Positions 31,824 to 42,056 are shown, counted from the stretch's first letter. The stretch: 64,000 nt of DNA from Fibrobacteria bacterium (GCA_037447435.1 JBBIGR010000004.1:139415-203414), one strand, 5' to 3'. Numbers and translations are program-made. The notes: generated by a model from the sequence alone, not told the origin.

Positions 31824-31861
31824 AAAAGGAATATCCGCATCCAAAGCCGGATATTCCTTTT
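31824..31861 (+). terminator. Intrinsic terminator after the GH87-like gene
   Basis: aaaaggaatatccg...cggatattcctttt, a 14-bp inverted repeat. Confidence 0.75.
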
Positions 31862-32167
31862 ATATTATAAAAATACAATCTTTTTACTTCGCACTTTCTT
31901 GCCGACTCCCCCTCCTCAAGTTTGAGCCAATTCATTTCTAACCGAATCGAGGTAACGGCTCCAATCTTTTTGTTCACTTTAATTTACTATTACATTCTCT
32001 TTTTAATGCCTAATTTGGCTTTTTTTGTTTATTTACAGCTATTTTGTTCACTTTTTTTAAATATTTTTTCACAAATTAGCAAAATAATTTTTGTATATTA
32101 AAAATTGAATAACTGCACATTCTAAAAAAAGTCAATCAATTCACAACCATTATAAGGAGGAGAGGAT

Positions 32168-33100
32168 ATGAATAAGTTAGCGGTTTCATTGATGTCGGCA
32201 TCGGTACTTTTAACGAGTGCATTTCAGATTTCAGCAGCACCCCACGCAACGGTAGCAGGTAAATATCTTGACGATTTTTCAAGGAATTATGTGTTAACAA
32301 GTGATGCACCCAAAGATTCCACCGGCGCAGTTATGAGCACGCTTACCTCCGACGGAACGCAAATTTACTGGAATGCCATGAATGGCAATCTGACAATCAA
32401 CACAGACAGCATTTTAATTGCTAAATTCCCTGACGGCGGTTATTTGCGTTTTGCTACCAGCTCCACAAAAGCGTACAAATACTGCATTTTCCGTATGAAA
32501 GGCGATGCGACTGCTAAAAACGAGTTGATATACACCAGAATTGCACCTCAGCCGGGCAGCGATACGCTAGGCATATCCGATGCAAGTAAAGGAGGCAAAA
32601 GTGAACGGCGACTGGATTCCTTACTCGGTACCGATTCACTCCCATTGCCGAAAATTTCAAATCAATTCCAGGTTTACGTTGTCGATCTTGCAAAAAACGG
32701 ACTTCAGTTCGGAATGAGCATGGCTTCAGCTTTTCAAATAGGAACGCATGCCGCGATGGAACTTGATATAGATTACATTTTTGCCTCAAGCAATAATCCG
32801 CTTGCCCCCGACGCTATCATTGCCAACAAATCCGTCGGCAGTGATGCAAACACCAGCAATGTAAATGTAACGTTTTCCAAGGCTTTAAATTCCCTGAAAA
32901 TTAAAACCAATGCCCATTTTTCACAAGGAAAATTGAACCTCTATGATCTCCAGGGCAAAATGGTGCACTCGTTTGCCATCCATGGCCAGGAAAATACCCT
33001 GGCAGTTCCTGCAGGAAGTTTTACGCCGAATACGTATCTCTATACTGTTAACGAAACTTCCGGTTCCGTGTTTGCAAAAGGCAAAATTAGCCTTCGGTAA
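32168..33100 (+). CDS. Secreted protein of unknown function: beta-sandwich-like domain plus T9SS-type-A-like C-terminal tail
   Basis: Strong SD (aaggagg), signal peptide, tail LNLYDLQGKMV...TYLYTV...KGKISLR. Confidence 0.75.
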   Translation: MNKLAVSLMSASVLLTSAFQISAAPHATVAGKYLDDFSRNYVLTSDAPKDSTGAVMSTLTSDGTQIYWNAMNGNLTINTDSILIAKFPDGGYLRFATSSTKAYKYCIFRMKGDATAKNELIYTRIAPQPGSDTLGISDASKGGKSERRLDSLLGTDSLPLPKISNQFQVYVVDLAKNGLQFGMSMASAFQIGTHAAMELDIDYIFASSNNPLAPDAIIANKSVGSDANTSNVNVTFSKALNSLKIKTNAHFSQGKLNLYDLQGKMVHSFAIHGQENTLAVPAGSFTPNTYLYTVNETSGSVFAKGKISLR

Positions 33101-33139
33101 GTATGAGTAAAACCGGCAGTTCGAAACAATTCTTTGGTC

Positions 33140-33175
33140 AAGCGATGTTGCAATCTCACATCGGCAGCATCGCTT
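33140..33175. terminator. Stem-loop between convergent genes
   Basis: aagcgatgttgc...gcagcatcgctt inverted repeat. Confidence 0.5.
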
Positions 33176-33200
33176 CCCCCACGGCAAGGCTTGTTAATTT

Positions 33201-34994
33201 TCATATTGCATAATCCAGCAATATCTCCTGTTGCGACAACCTGCCAATAATAGCCACGACCATTGCGGATAAATTCAGTTTTTCGGATATGATTATTTTA
33301 TTTGCACTCGCCCCATCCTCATGGCCGCCTATTGACACATGAATAAATTCATTTGGAGAAGTCAAACCGGCAAGCAACTGCAAGTCATACGTGTCGGCGT
33401 CTCCCAAGGCGGTTATAAAGAGTAAACCAGCATCGGTAAGAATTCGTGCAAGCTCGCCGAGACGCCGCATCATTTCTTCGCGGTTGTCCGTCTCATTTAC
33501 AACATCAGAATCAAGGCCGTCGGCCAGACTCGATGGTCCGATGAAATATGCATTTTTAGCCGATTTAACGAGAGAACTTTCCAAATGCTTCGCCAGGGCA
33601 ATGCTTTGTTCTGCGCCGGTTATGACTATGAATTTCGCCTTATGCCCGAACACGCTCTGCCTGTCCGCAGGAGTGACGATTCCGGTGTCCCAGTGCAATT
33701 CTCTTTTATTAATTTGCCGATTTATTGCATTGTCGTTTTCATTGATTGCATGCGTTATTATTCCCCCACCGGCAATATCATAATTGTCTACTATCACAAA
33801 CCGACCGGTGAACTGAATATCGTCTATGGTATCAAACGCAATTGCCCTTGTTGTTTCCAAAATGCATTCCGCAACATCGTGACGGTCTATCTGTTGCCTA
33901 CCCTGAATACTGGAAAGGTCTGTTGCATCAATGCACGAAAGAACCTCTGCCAGACGAACTGTAACCCGTGCGGAGGCGATTTTAAGCTTATATTTTTTAT
34001 TTTTTATCATAGGCGCCCTGGCCATCCAAAAAATATTGGCTCTGAAACGCGACCCCACCATCGGATGTCTTTCCTTACTTTTGCACATTATTTCGCCGCG
34101 GGGAAGATATAATTCATTTGCCAGAGTAAAACCGGTTGCATGTCCTTTACCTATAGTTTTAACTTCAGGCGAATTAAAACCTTCGATCGTTGATATTTTT
34201 GATTTTTTGTACGACGGCAAAAAGGTTACGTCATCCCCCACAGCAACAGTCCCGGTTTCGATAGTGCCTGTAATGATACGACGTTCATCATCCTTTTCGG
34301 TAAACTTGTAAACATCCTGTACCGGCATTCGAAACGGTTTCGCGTCATCGTCCTGCTGTTTTACAAAAGCATCAACATGGTCGAGAACGGTTTTACCGTC
34401 GTACCATTTCATTTTATCGGATGCAAATGCCAGATTATCACCGTCCCTGGCGCTAATTGGAATGAACTCTTTTGCCGAAACGCCTAATTGTTTTAAGAAT
34501 GAGCCATAATCCGTCGCAATAGATTCGAATACTTTTTGATCGAATTTTACAAGGTCCATTTTATTGACAAGAACAACAACCTGAGGAATTCCCAACATGG
34601 CAATGAGATACCCGTGTCTCCGTGAATTTTCCCGAATCCCTTCATGTGCATCGATAACCAAAAGAGCGGCTTCCGCCCGGGCGGCCCCACTCACCATGTT
34701 TTTAAGAAATTCAACATGCCCCGGGGCATCTATGATGATATAATCGCGCTTCTTTGTTTTAAAAAAGCAACGGGCAGTGTCTATGGTTATGCCTTGTGCC
34801 TGCTCATCTTTCAACGCATCGAGTAAAAACGCATATTCGAACGGCCTCGCATTGCGCTCGCACGAAACCTTGACCTGCTCCAGCTTGCCGCTTGGCAATG
34901 AGCCGGTATCTGCAAGTAATCGGCCGATGACCGTACTTTTTCCATGATCGACATGGCCGACAACGACAATGTTCATCTGTTCACGTATTTTCAT
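33201..34994 (-). CDS. cysN: Sulfate adenylyltransferase subunit 1 with a degenerate C-terminal APS-kinase-like domain
   Basis: [48 protein letters not shown]. Confidence 0.92.
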   Translation of the reverse strand: MKIREQMNIVVVGHVDHGKSTVIGRLLADTGSLPSGKLEQVKVSCERNARPFEYAFLLDALKDEQAQGITIDTARCFFKTKKRDYIIIDAPGHVEFLKNMVSGAARAEAALLVIDAHEGIRENSRRHGYLIAMLGIPQVVVLVNKMDLVKFDQKVFESIATDYGSFLKQLGVSAKEFIPISARDGDNLAFASDKMKWYDGKTVLDHVDAFVKQQDDDAKPFRMPVQDVYKFTEKDDERRIITGTIETGTVAVGDDVTFLPSYKKSKISTIEGFNSPEVKTIGKGHATGFTLANELYLPRGEIMCKSKERHPMVGSRFRANIFWMARAPMIKNKKYKLKIASARVTVRLAEVLSCIDATDLSSIQGRQQIDRHDVAECILETTRAIAFDTIDDIQFTGRFVIVDNYDIAGGGIITHAINENDNAINRQINKRELHWDTGIVTPADRQSVFGHKAKFIVITGAEQSIALAKHLESSLVKSAKNAYFIGPSSLADGLDSDVVNETDNREEMMRRLGELARILTDAGLLFITALGDADTYDLQLLAGLTSPNEFIHVSIGGHEDGASANKIIISEKLNLSAMVVAIIGRLSQQEILLDYAI

Positions 34995-35048
34995 ATTTAC
35001 ATTTCCAGTGTTTATTATTTTTGTACGCATGGCCCAAAGGCCCTGTAA

Positions 35049-35930
35049 TTACATATAGCCGTCTTTACGCAAAGTCTCTAAACCGCCGCCGTCGGCCTTG
35101 TCTTGTTCCCTGCCCGACCGCTCCGCAATATTTGCAAATTTTCCCGATCGAAGTTCTTCGATGATTTCCTGTACTGTCGAGGCTTCCGAATCGACCGGCG
35201 AGGTGCAGGGCCAGCAACCCAAAGACCGATATCGCTTTCCATTTCCCCGATTGTAATACAGAGAAACCGTGGGAATACTTTCTTTTTCGATATACTCCCA
35301 AATATTCAGTTCTGTCCAATCCAGAAGCGGGTGAATTCGTAAATGCGTTCCCGGAGCAAAATCTGTTTTAAACTGGTTCCACATCTCGGGCGGTTGATCG
35401 GCAACGTCCCATTCATTCTCCTTGTCGCGCGGAGAAAAATACCGTTCCTTCGACCTGCTGCCTTCCTCATCCGCCCGCACGCCGGCAATGACTCCGGTGT
35501 ACGGTTCCTTATTTGCATCCACATCATAATTACCGGTTGCATGATTCATCCGATACCGCGGCCAATCGCCTGCCAAAGTATGTTTGAGCGCATCGGTCTT
35601 GAGGTTCTTGCAGCACCCAAGACGGTCCACCTTTCCACTTTGATATGTCAATTGCTGTCTAATTGCTTCCGTATTTTCGCCGTATACCATATTCAAATGC
35701 CATTTCCGGGCCAAATCATCCCGGTATTGAATCATCTCAGGGATTTTGAAATGGGTGTCGATATGAACAAGAGGAATCGGCACATGCCCGAAAAAAGCTT
35801 TGCGGGCCAGCCATAACAGTACGGTGCTGTCTTTGCCGATAGACCACAGCATGCAAAGGTTTTTAAAATCGCGATATGCTTCTCTTAAAATGTAAACGCT
35901 TTTCGCTTCAAGTTTTTCAAGATGGTCCAT
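35049..35930 (-). CDS. cysD: Sulfate adenylyltransferase subunit 2
   Basis: [53 protein letters not shown] terminus. Confidence 0.95.
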   Translation of the reverse strand: MDHLEKLEAKSVYILREAYRDFKNLCMLWSIGKDSTVLLWLARKAFFGHVPIPLVHIDTHFKIPEMIQYRDDLARKWHLNMVYGENTEAIRQQLTYQSGKVDRLGCCKNLKTDALKHTLAGDWPRYRMNHATGNYDVDANKEPYTGVIAGVRADEEGSRSKERYFSPRDKENEWDVADQPPEMWNQFKTDFAPGTHLRIHPLLDWTELNIWEYIEKESIPTVSLYYNRGNGKRYRSLGCWPCTSPVDSEASTVQEIIEELRSGKFANIAERSGREQDKADGGGLETLRKDGYM

Positions 35931-35932
35931 TT

Positions 35933-36667
35933 TTAGTCCTTGCCAATGTTCGTATTGATATTTTTCGGCCTGTTATGCAATCCGCATTCCTTATGCTCGG
36001 GTTCCTCCCACCACCACCGTCCGGCCCGCACATCGTCATCGGGGCCAATAGCCCTTGTACAGGGCGCGCATCCGATGCTTCGAAATCCTTTTTCGTACAA
36101 TACGGACACGGGCAGAGATTTTTCACGCACATAAGAAAAAACGTCTGCTTCTTTCCAATTACATAAAGGACTTATCCGGTAGATTTTATTGACATCGTCC
36201 CATTCAACGGGCGAAAGATCCGTTCTGGTAACGGATTGTTCGCTACGCAAGCCAACGATCCACGCATCGACTGTAGACAATATCTTTTGAAGCGGCCGTG
36301 TTTTTCGCACAGCACAACAGGATTTGCGGGATTCTACATTGTCGTAAAAAAGGTTTGGACCATTTTTCCGGGTAAGTCGCCCAACATCCTCCGGATCCGG
36401 AAAGGCAACTTCATAGGAAATGTTAAAATGTTTTGTCGATTCATGCCATACATCATAGGTTTCCTGAAAATGACGCCCTGTATCAAGCGTAAATAAACGG
36501 GCACGGGGATTTTCGGAAACCAGCATATTCGTGAGAACCTGGTCTTCTGCGCTGAAACTTGAAGCCAGAGCAATATGCGTAAGCCCAAATTCATCCAAAG
36601 CCCAGGCAATTAAACAAGCAGCGCTCATATGCTGGGTTATCTCGCGATAGTCGATTGCTTTTTGCAT
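35933..36667 (-). CDS. cysH: APS reductase ([4Fe-4S]-type CysH)
   Basis: SSFSAED, LDTGR, CC pair in [28 protein letters not shown]. Start at MQKAID with SD ggaggt. Confidence 0.93.
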   Translation of the reverse strand: MQKAIDYREITQHMSAACLIAWALDEFGLTHIALASSFSAEDQVLTNMLVSENPRARLFTLDTGRHFQETYDVWHESTKHFNISYEVAFPDPEDVGRLTRKNGPNLFYDNVESRKSCCAVRKTRPLQKILSTVDAWIVGLRSEQSVTRTDLSPVEWDDVNKIYRISPLCNWKEADVFSYVREKSLPVSVLYEKGFRSIGCAPCTRAIGPDDDVRAGRWWWEEPEHKECGLHNRPKNINTNIGKD

Positions 36668-36686
36668 TATTATTACCTCCTTTTCC

Positions 36687-36917
36687 CTAGATCGTATATT
36701 CGGGAGCGGTGATTTCACTGCGACCGAATTTAATACGATTCCATAATCGCTCATGAAAGTAATAAAGAGTTATCTTTGTAAATAATTCGACAAACCCAAT
36801 CGAGAGAGCCACTCTAATTTTCCCGCTTATCAAATACGAAACAATGATAGTGTCGAAGGTCCCTGTCAGTCGCCAAGAAACGGCTTTGACAACACTGCGA
36901 TATTTTTTCTCAACCAT
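36687..36917 (-). CDS. DUF2061 small membrane protein
   Basis: RSVVKAVSWRLTGTFDT...LYYFHERLWNRI. Confidence 0.85.
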   Translation of the reverse strand: MVEKKYRSVVKAVSWRLTGTFDTIIVSYLISGKIRVALSIGFVELFTKITLYYFHERLWNRIKFGRSEITAPEYTI

Positions 36918-39280
36918 TAATTTCCCTTTCTGATGCGTACAATCCAATAATCATCGATTTTTACCTGTTCGAGAACCAAATGACCTTCTTCGGTTATTGA
37001 GCGTGGGACATTATCTATCGGCGCGCCGTCATCGAGCGTAATTTCGAGAATCTGGCCCAAGGACATTTTGGCCAATTCCATTTTGGTTTTAACAAAGTTC
37101 ATAGGACAGGCAACTCCGCGTAAATCCTTGACATAATCGATATTTATTTTTTCTTCGGACGTTTCTGCGGCAACAGTAACATTCACTTGCCCTTGGACCT
37201 TGAATTGAAGGGAATTGTCCATTCCCTCATAAAGTTTTTCAACGGCCGTCGACAGCTCAAGTACTTGCTCTTGCAAAGAGGATAAAACCGTATCCTTTCC
37301 CGCTATTGCCCTTTCAATCAGGTCCGCGAACCTTGCATCAATAAGATTTTCATTAATAAACAATGTTTTGAAAGAGCGTAATACATCAGCATCGGTCGCT
37401 GCCTCCACACCGCGGGTAATGAGCAGCATTCGAGAGCTCACCAGTACAAGATCGTACAATTCGCTCTGAATAGAGGCACTATTATAATTTTCGTTTATAA
37501 ACGACCTGAGTTCCCGAAGCTTTGCCAAATCGATTTCTATTAAATCAAATAATCCTGCGGAGCATTCGCCGGTGCCTTTGCCGGCAAGCGAGAAAATTTC
37601 GGAATCTCCCCAATCGCGATAATAGCTCTTATCAATTTCAAACTCAGGAATGTTCCTGAACTTATCGCATAATTTTCGTATTATTTCTTTTCCTTCGGCG
37701 TTTATATATTCGCTGAAGCGGGAATAAACCGATTTTCTTTTTCCATAATGCGCCAACAATTCTTCAACAAAAAACGGCAGATCCTTTGCATTTATTTCAT
37801 CTATTTTCTCCGCAAGCTGAAAAGCCCCTTCCGCATCGATACGCGCACCGGCCACAACAAAATATGAAGGAAAACTGTGCTGATTTTTACGACCGACTTT
37901 TCCGAAAAAGCCGAGATCAGCCACCGAATGCTGTCCGCAGGTATTTGAACAGCCCGAGACATGAATATGCAGATCATTGAAATCATCAAGATTAACATCA
38001 GCAAATTTCAATTGATCGACAATACCCTGCAGAGCACCGCGAGACCGGCAAATTCCAAGCTGGCAGGTACTCGCGCCTGCGCAGGCAACGGCATTTCCAA
38101 ACAATGGCGCATACGCCGATAGGTAGCTCACTTTTTTGACGAGACGGTATACGTTTGGAAGGAATGGCAAAGGAATATTCCGCAGCGCAATATTTTGATT
38201 ATGCGTAAACCGTATGGTGTTTTCGCCGAAAGGGATTAAAAATTCCGCAAGTGCCAATGCCTTTTGCGCATCAATAATACCAAAGAGCAATGGAATTTTA
38301 ACAAATCCCGATTCGCATTGTTTTTGTATTCCCGTATACCGTTGTTTCCAGGTTTCAAAATCAAGCGATGTGGCAGTATCCGGGGCAATTTCTTTTGGCA
38401 ATGCTTTTTCATTTTTATATTCCGTAATTGTCAATACCTGCAATCCTTCTTTTAAAAGGCCGGCTTTTTCTTCGTTGTATAAACTGACAAATTTGTCCCT
38501 GCCGAGGGAATTCCATAAAAACCTCAGTCTTGCAGCGTGCTTGTTTTTCCGGTTGCCGTATTTTGAGAAAACGCGTTTTATCGCTTCGGCAATAACGAGT
38601 ATTTCGGATGCGGGAACAAATTCGTGAAGCAAATGTCCTGCTTGAGAAAGACGCCCCATTCCTCCGGCCACAAGCACTTTAAATCCGGGCTTATTGTCTT
38701 TGATTGAGGCAATAAGGCCCAAATCATTGACTGTTGCAAAGGCAGTATCTTTTTCCGAATTCGAAAAAGCTATTTTGTATTTGCGCGGCAAAAGCCATGA
38801 ATCACTCCGCGCAATGAGCGATGTCGTCAATGCGGCAGCATAGGGTGTGACGTCAAATAGTTCGTCTTGGGTAATGCCGCTGTCCCAGGGCGCGGTGATG
38901 TTTCTTACCGTATTTCCACCGCCGCCCCGCGTCGACAATCCGACATCTGCCAGGCCGCGGATGATCGGCACCAAATCATCGATGCCAACGTCATGGATCT
39001 GAATCTCCTGACGCGTTGTCACGTGCAAAGATCCGGAGCCAAAGCGCTTGGAAAGCTGCGCGATAGTTTTGAGTTGAAATGGGGTTATAATGCCTGCGGT
39101 GCATCTCACCCGCACCATGTACGTGTCTTTTTTTCGCTGTTCGTAAACGCCGAAGGGAACCCTATGGGCCTTTAATTCGGTTGGCAAAACCGATCCTGCA
39201 TGGTAATTTTTTATCAGTACTTCTAATTCATCAATTTCGTTGTGTAGAGAAGCCGGTATCGAATAACCCTGTAATGACAT
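36917..39280 (-). CDS. Siroheme nitrite/sulfite reductase with a C-terminal TusA-like domain
   Basis: GVYEQR, HVTTRQEIQ, LPRKYKIA, cluster ligands ACAGASTCQLG and SGCSNTCGQH, C-terminal DLRGVACPMNFVKTK. Confidence 0.9.
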   Translation of the reverse strand: MSLQGYSIPASLHNEIDELEVLIKNYHAGSVLPTELKAHRVPFGVYEQRKKDTYMVRVRCTAGIITPFQLKTIAQLSKRFGSGSLHVTTRQEIQIHDVGIDDLVPIIRGLADVGLSTRGGGGNTVRNITAPWDSGITQDELFDVTPYAAALTTSLIARSDSWLLPRKYKIAFSNSEKDTAFATVNDLGLIASIKDNKPGFKVLVAGGMGRLSQAGHLLHEFVPASEILVIAEAIKRVFSKYGNRKNKHAARLRFLWNSLGRDKFVSLYNEEKAGLLKEGLQVLTITEYKNEKALPKEIAPDTATSLDFETWKQRYTGIQKQCESGFVKIPLLFGIIDAQKALALAEFLIPFGENTIRFTHNQNIALRNIPLPFLPNVYRLVKKVSYLSAYAPLFGNAVACAGASTCQLGICRSRGALQGIVDQLKFADVNLDDFNDLHIHVSGCSNTCGQHSVADLGFFGKVGRKNQHSFPSYFVVAGARIDAEGAFQLAEKIDEINAKDLPFFVEELLAHYGKRKSVYSRFSEYINAEGKEIIRKLCDKFRNIPEFEIDKSYYRDWGDSEIFSLAGKGTGECSAGLFDLIEIDLAKLRELRSFINENYNSASIQSELYDLVLVSSRMLLITRGVEAATDADVLRSFKTLFINENLIDARFADLIERAIAGKDTVLSSLQEQVLELSTAVEKLYEGMDNSLQFKVQGQVNVTVAAETSEEKINIDYVKDLRGVACPMNFVKTKMELAKMSLGQILEITLDDGAPIDNVPRSITEEGHLVLEQVKIDDYWIVRIRKGN

Positions 39281-39355
39281 TAATTTTCCTTCCTGACACT
39301 TATACCTCCCGCCGAGCCCCATCTCATCGCAGAGAGGGGAAGTTTGGAAAGCGGA

Positions 39356-39580
39356 TTAATTATTTTTCTCTATGAGGATACGGTAATGGCTGCCTTCGTT
39401 CTTAATTTCGAGTATGCGATGTCCCTGTTCTTTGGCCGCTTTTGGAACATTGACCAACGGTTCCTCTTCGGAAAGCAGCACGTCCAATATATCACCCGGT
39501 GAAATTTTCGAAAGCCCTAATTTGACTTTCACAAAAGTCATAGGGCAATGGTCTTTTGTTATATCGAGCGTATGTGTCAT
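39356..39580 (-). CDS. TusA family sulfurtransferase
   Basis: LDITKDHCPMTFVK...NVPKAAKEQGH. Confidence 0.88.
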   Translation of the reverse strand: MTHTLDITKDHCPMTFVKVKLGLSKISPGDILDVLLSEEEPLVNVPKAAKEQGHRILEIKNEGSHYRILIEKNN

Positions 39581-39623
39581 AATTATTCTCTTTTCCACTA
39601 TATGATTATCTCACTCATTAACT

Positions 39624-40109
39624 TCATGAAATGAATATAACCTGGCCATTTTTTGAATATTCCAAAAATGTCGGTACGCCGATGACCTCTTGTACGTCAT
39701 CAATTAAATCGGATTTTTGAATTCCAAGGATATGCATCGCCATTTCGCAGGCAACCAATTTGACCTTGAGCTGTTTGGCCGATTCTATAAGTTCGTCGAG
39801 TGTTGCGACATTGCGTTTTTTCATCATCCCGGTCATGAGTCCCGGGCTAATGCCCCCAAAATTCAAGCGGGACAGTGGTAAATTTTTACTGCCGCCCATA
39901 AGGAAATTGAAAAAACGAGCGAGAAATCCTTTACCGATAGTAGAACGCCCCTGTTTTTTCTTCAGGATATTAAGCCCCCAAAAAGTAAAGAACACATTCA
40001 CTTCCCAATTGACCGCAGCAGCACCGGTTGCAAGAGTAAAAGCGGCGACCGCTTTGTCGAAATCGCCTGAAAAGCATATGATCGATAATTTTTTTGTTTC
40101 GTTTTCCAT
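39624..40109 (-). CDS. DsrE2/DsrE-like sulfur transfer protein
   Basis: SGDFDKA, VFFTFWGL, LSRLNFGG, ACEMAM. Confidence 0.88.
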   Translation of the reverse strand: MENETKKLSIICFSGDFDKAVAAFTLATGAAAVNWEVNVFFTFWGLNILKKKQGRSTIGKGFLARFFNFLMGGSKNLPLSRLNFGGISPGLMTGMMKKRNVATLDELIESAKQLKVKLVACEMAMHILGIQKSDLIDDVQEVIGVPTFLEYSKNGQVIFIS

Positions 40110-40121
40110 AACGTCCTTCTT

Positions 40122-40517
40122 TCAAACAACAACTATTTTTTCCAGTACCACATTTCCATTTTTTATAATAAACGATTTTACGGTTTCCTGTCCGTTTTCA
40201 AGGGAAACTATGACGTAACTTATAGACGGATCATAGGCAAGCCGGATGTCTTCCTGCGAGGGCCGCGCTGGAGTCGCCGGATGGCTATGATATACCGCGC
40301 GAAGTTTCATACCAAATCCCCGTATCCTTTTGACCGTATCAAACTGTTGTTTAGGGTCCAAGGAAAAATGCTCGGCCGAGGCATCGGTATTTGTCAAAGG
40401 ATAATTTACGGTAACGACGTCATCTGTTGCAGCCAAATACCCGCACGCTTCGATCGGGGCATCTTTTTTCGCATGCGCAATCATCGAATCAATAACCTGT
40501 TTTTGAATCTTTAACAT
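40122..40517 (-). CDS. JAB/Mec (M67 family) metallopeptidase, sulfur-carrier processing
   Basis: PIEACG, JAMM motif YHSHP...PSQED. Confidence 0.92.
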   Translation of the reverse strand: MLKIQKQVIDSMIAHAKKDAPIEACGYLAATDDVVTVNYPLTNTDASAEHFSLDPKQQFDTVKRIRGFGMKLRAVYHSHPATPARPSQEDIRLAYDPSISYVIVSLENGQETVKSFIIKNGNVVLEKIVVV

Positions 40518-40543
40518 ATTGACCTCTTTGTACCTATATCTGA

Positions 40544-40570
40544 ATTATCTACGCATTTTGCGTAGATAAT
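40544..40570. other. Perfect 12-bp stem-loop between the MoeB-like and Mec genes
   Basis: attatctacgca-ttt-tgcgtagataat. Confidence 0.6.
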
Positions 40571-40605
40571 CGATAATATAAACTTATCCCATGGGAAGCA
40601 TGGGG

Positions 40606-41415
40606 TCAATGCTTAATATCGCAAACCGGCTGTTCCTCGTCGAAAAGTTCGGTTATGGTCGGCCTTTCTCCGCAAATCGCACAGTCTTTCCTTTTCCGCA
40701 AATTGACATTGCGAAATTCCATATCCATCGCGTTGAATGTCAGCAACTTATTGGTTAAGGGTTTGCCGACGTTGGTAACAAATTTGAGTGCTTCAGCTGC
40801 TTGTATGGTCCCCAGCATTCCGGCTATTGCCCCTAAAACCCCGGCCTGCGAACAAGTCGGCACAACATTTTTAGGAGGCGGAACAGAAAAAACGCATCGG
40901 TAGCAAGCCGAGGTTCCTGGAATTACAGTCATGGTTTGCCCGGTAAATCGCAATATGCCGCCGTGCGAATAAGGGATTTTCTCCAAAACACAGGCATCGT
41001 TTATAAGGAATTTTGCGGCAAAATTGTCTGTGCCGTCGATAATGAAATCATACCCTCTGATGATGTCCCGAATCGTGTCTGCAAATACATGTTCCGCAAT
41101 CGCATTGACTTTCACATCAGGATTAAGTTCGGCGATTTTTTCCTGTGCCGAAAGGACCTTCGGTTTTTTAATATCTTTTGTAAAATGTATGATCTGGCGC
41201 TGCAAATTCGAGAGATCGACACTGTCGCCGTCCACGATCCCCAACGTCCCTACTCCTGCGGCGGCAAGATAAAGCGCCGCAGGAGCTCCAAGCCCGCCGG
41301 CACCGATTATAAGGACTTTGCTTTTCATAATCTTCTCCTGGCCTTCGATGCCCACGTCCTTGAGAAGAATATGCCGGCTATACCGTTCGAGCTGGTCTTC
41401 AGTAAAGTCAATCAT
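40606..41415 (-). CDS. MoeB/ThiF family adenylyltransferase (no rhodanese domain)
   Basis: RYSRHI, GAGGLG, DLSNLQRQ, DGTDNF, CYRC, TCSQAGVLG, CAICG. Confidence 0.93.
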   Translation of the reverse strand: MIDFTEDQLERYSRHILLKDVGIEGQEKIMKSKVLIIGAGGLGAPAALYLAAAGVGTLGIVDGDSVDLSNLQRQIIHFTKDIKKPKVLSAQEKIAELNPDVKVNAIAEHVFADTIRDIIRGYDFIIDGTDNFAAKFLINDACVLEKIPYSHGGILRFTGQTMTVIPGTSACYRCVFSVPPPKNVVPTCSQAGVLGAIAGMLGTIQAAEALKFVTNVGKPLTNKLLTFNAMDMEFRNVNLRKRKDCAICGERPTITELFDEEQPVCDIKH

Positions 41416-41506
41416 AATTTATCCAATCCTTGCTCAAAATCCTCGACTGTTGGTATCCGAGAATAGGCATGAGGCGCCCCATGAATCGCCTTTAAAGCAA
41501 AGCCTT

Positions 41507-41716
41507 TCACCTGCCACCCCCCATAAAGTACAGAAACTCAATCTCGTCTTTTTCTTTAATAAGGGTAGAGTCAAAGTTTTTCCGGTCAACAAACTCACCG
41601 TTTAATTGAACCGAAACCATGTCCGGCGCTTCAACTTTAAACAATTTTAAGATTTCCGGAACAGCGATAGAATCGTTCGTTATTTGTTTTAGTTCACCAT
41701 TCACTTTGATTTCCAT
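41507..41716 (-). CDS. ThiS/HcyS-like sulfur carrier protein with a capped C-terminus (GGG-R)
   Basis: IKVNG, VSVQLNGEF, DEIEFLYFMGGGR-stop. Confidence 0.9.
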   Translation of the reverse strand: MEIKVNGELKQITNDSIAVPEILKLFKVEAPDMVSVQLNGEFVDRKNFDSTLIKEKDEIEFLYFMGGGR

Positions 41717-42056
41717 ATTTTGCCTCTTTTCGAAATTCTTATTCTCAGCCATAAGTCATTTAAAGCAACTAATCAGCCAATATATTTCGAGAATTAAACG
41801 AACTTTTTGTTTACTACATTTATCAACTATAAATAATATAAGCTGAAAACGAAAAAGAGTCAAGAACTTTTTTTAATTGTTTATAAACATTGTTAACTTT
41901 GCCATTGTTTATTAATTAGCTTTGGCTTTTACAAGTAAAACGAGATAATCTTTAAGTTGTTGATTACAAATTAAAAACGAAGAAAAAATTGAGGAATAAT
42001 ATGGCTAAATTAAACAATCGGAACATTAAATTTTAGAAGCGGAAAATCCGTAAAAA

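Noticed and set aside
40122..41716. E1-like, JAB and ubiquitin-like genes as an anti-phage (CBASS/Bil-type) conjugation system
   Set aside because: No E2, CD-NTase or effector gene is present. The context (sulfite reductase, cysH, cysD, cysN, TusA, DsrE) indicates sulfur-carrier metabolism.
39624..41716. TGA stops in the sulfur-relay genes as possible selenocysteine codons
   Set aside because: The TGAs fall at the normal C-termini of these families, and the catalytic positions are ordinary Cys.
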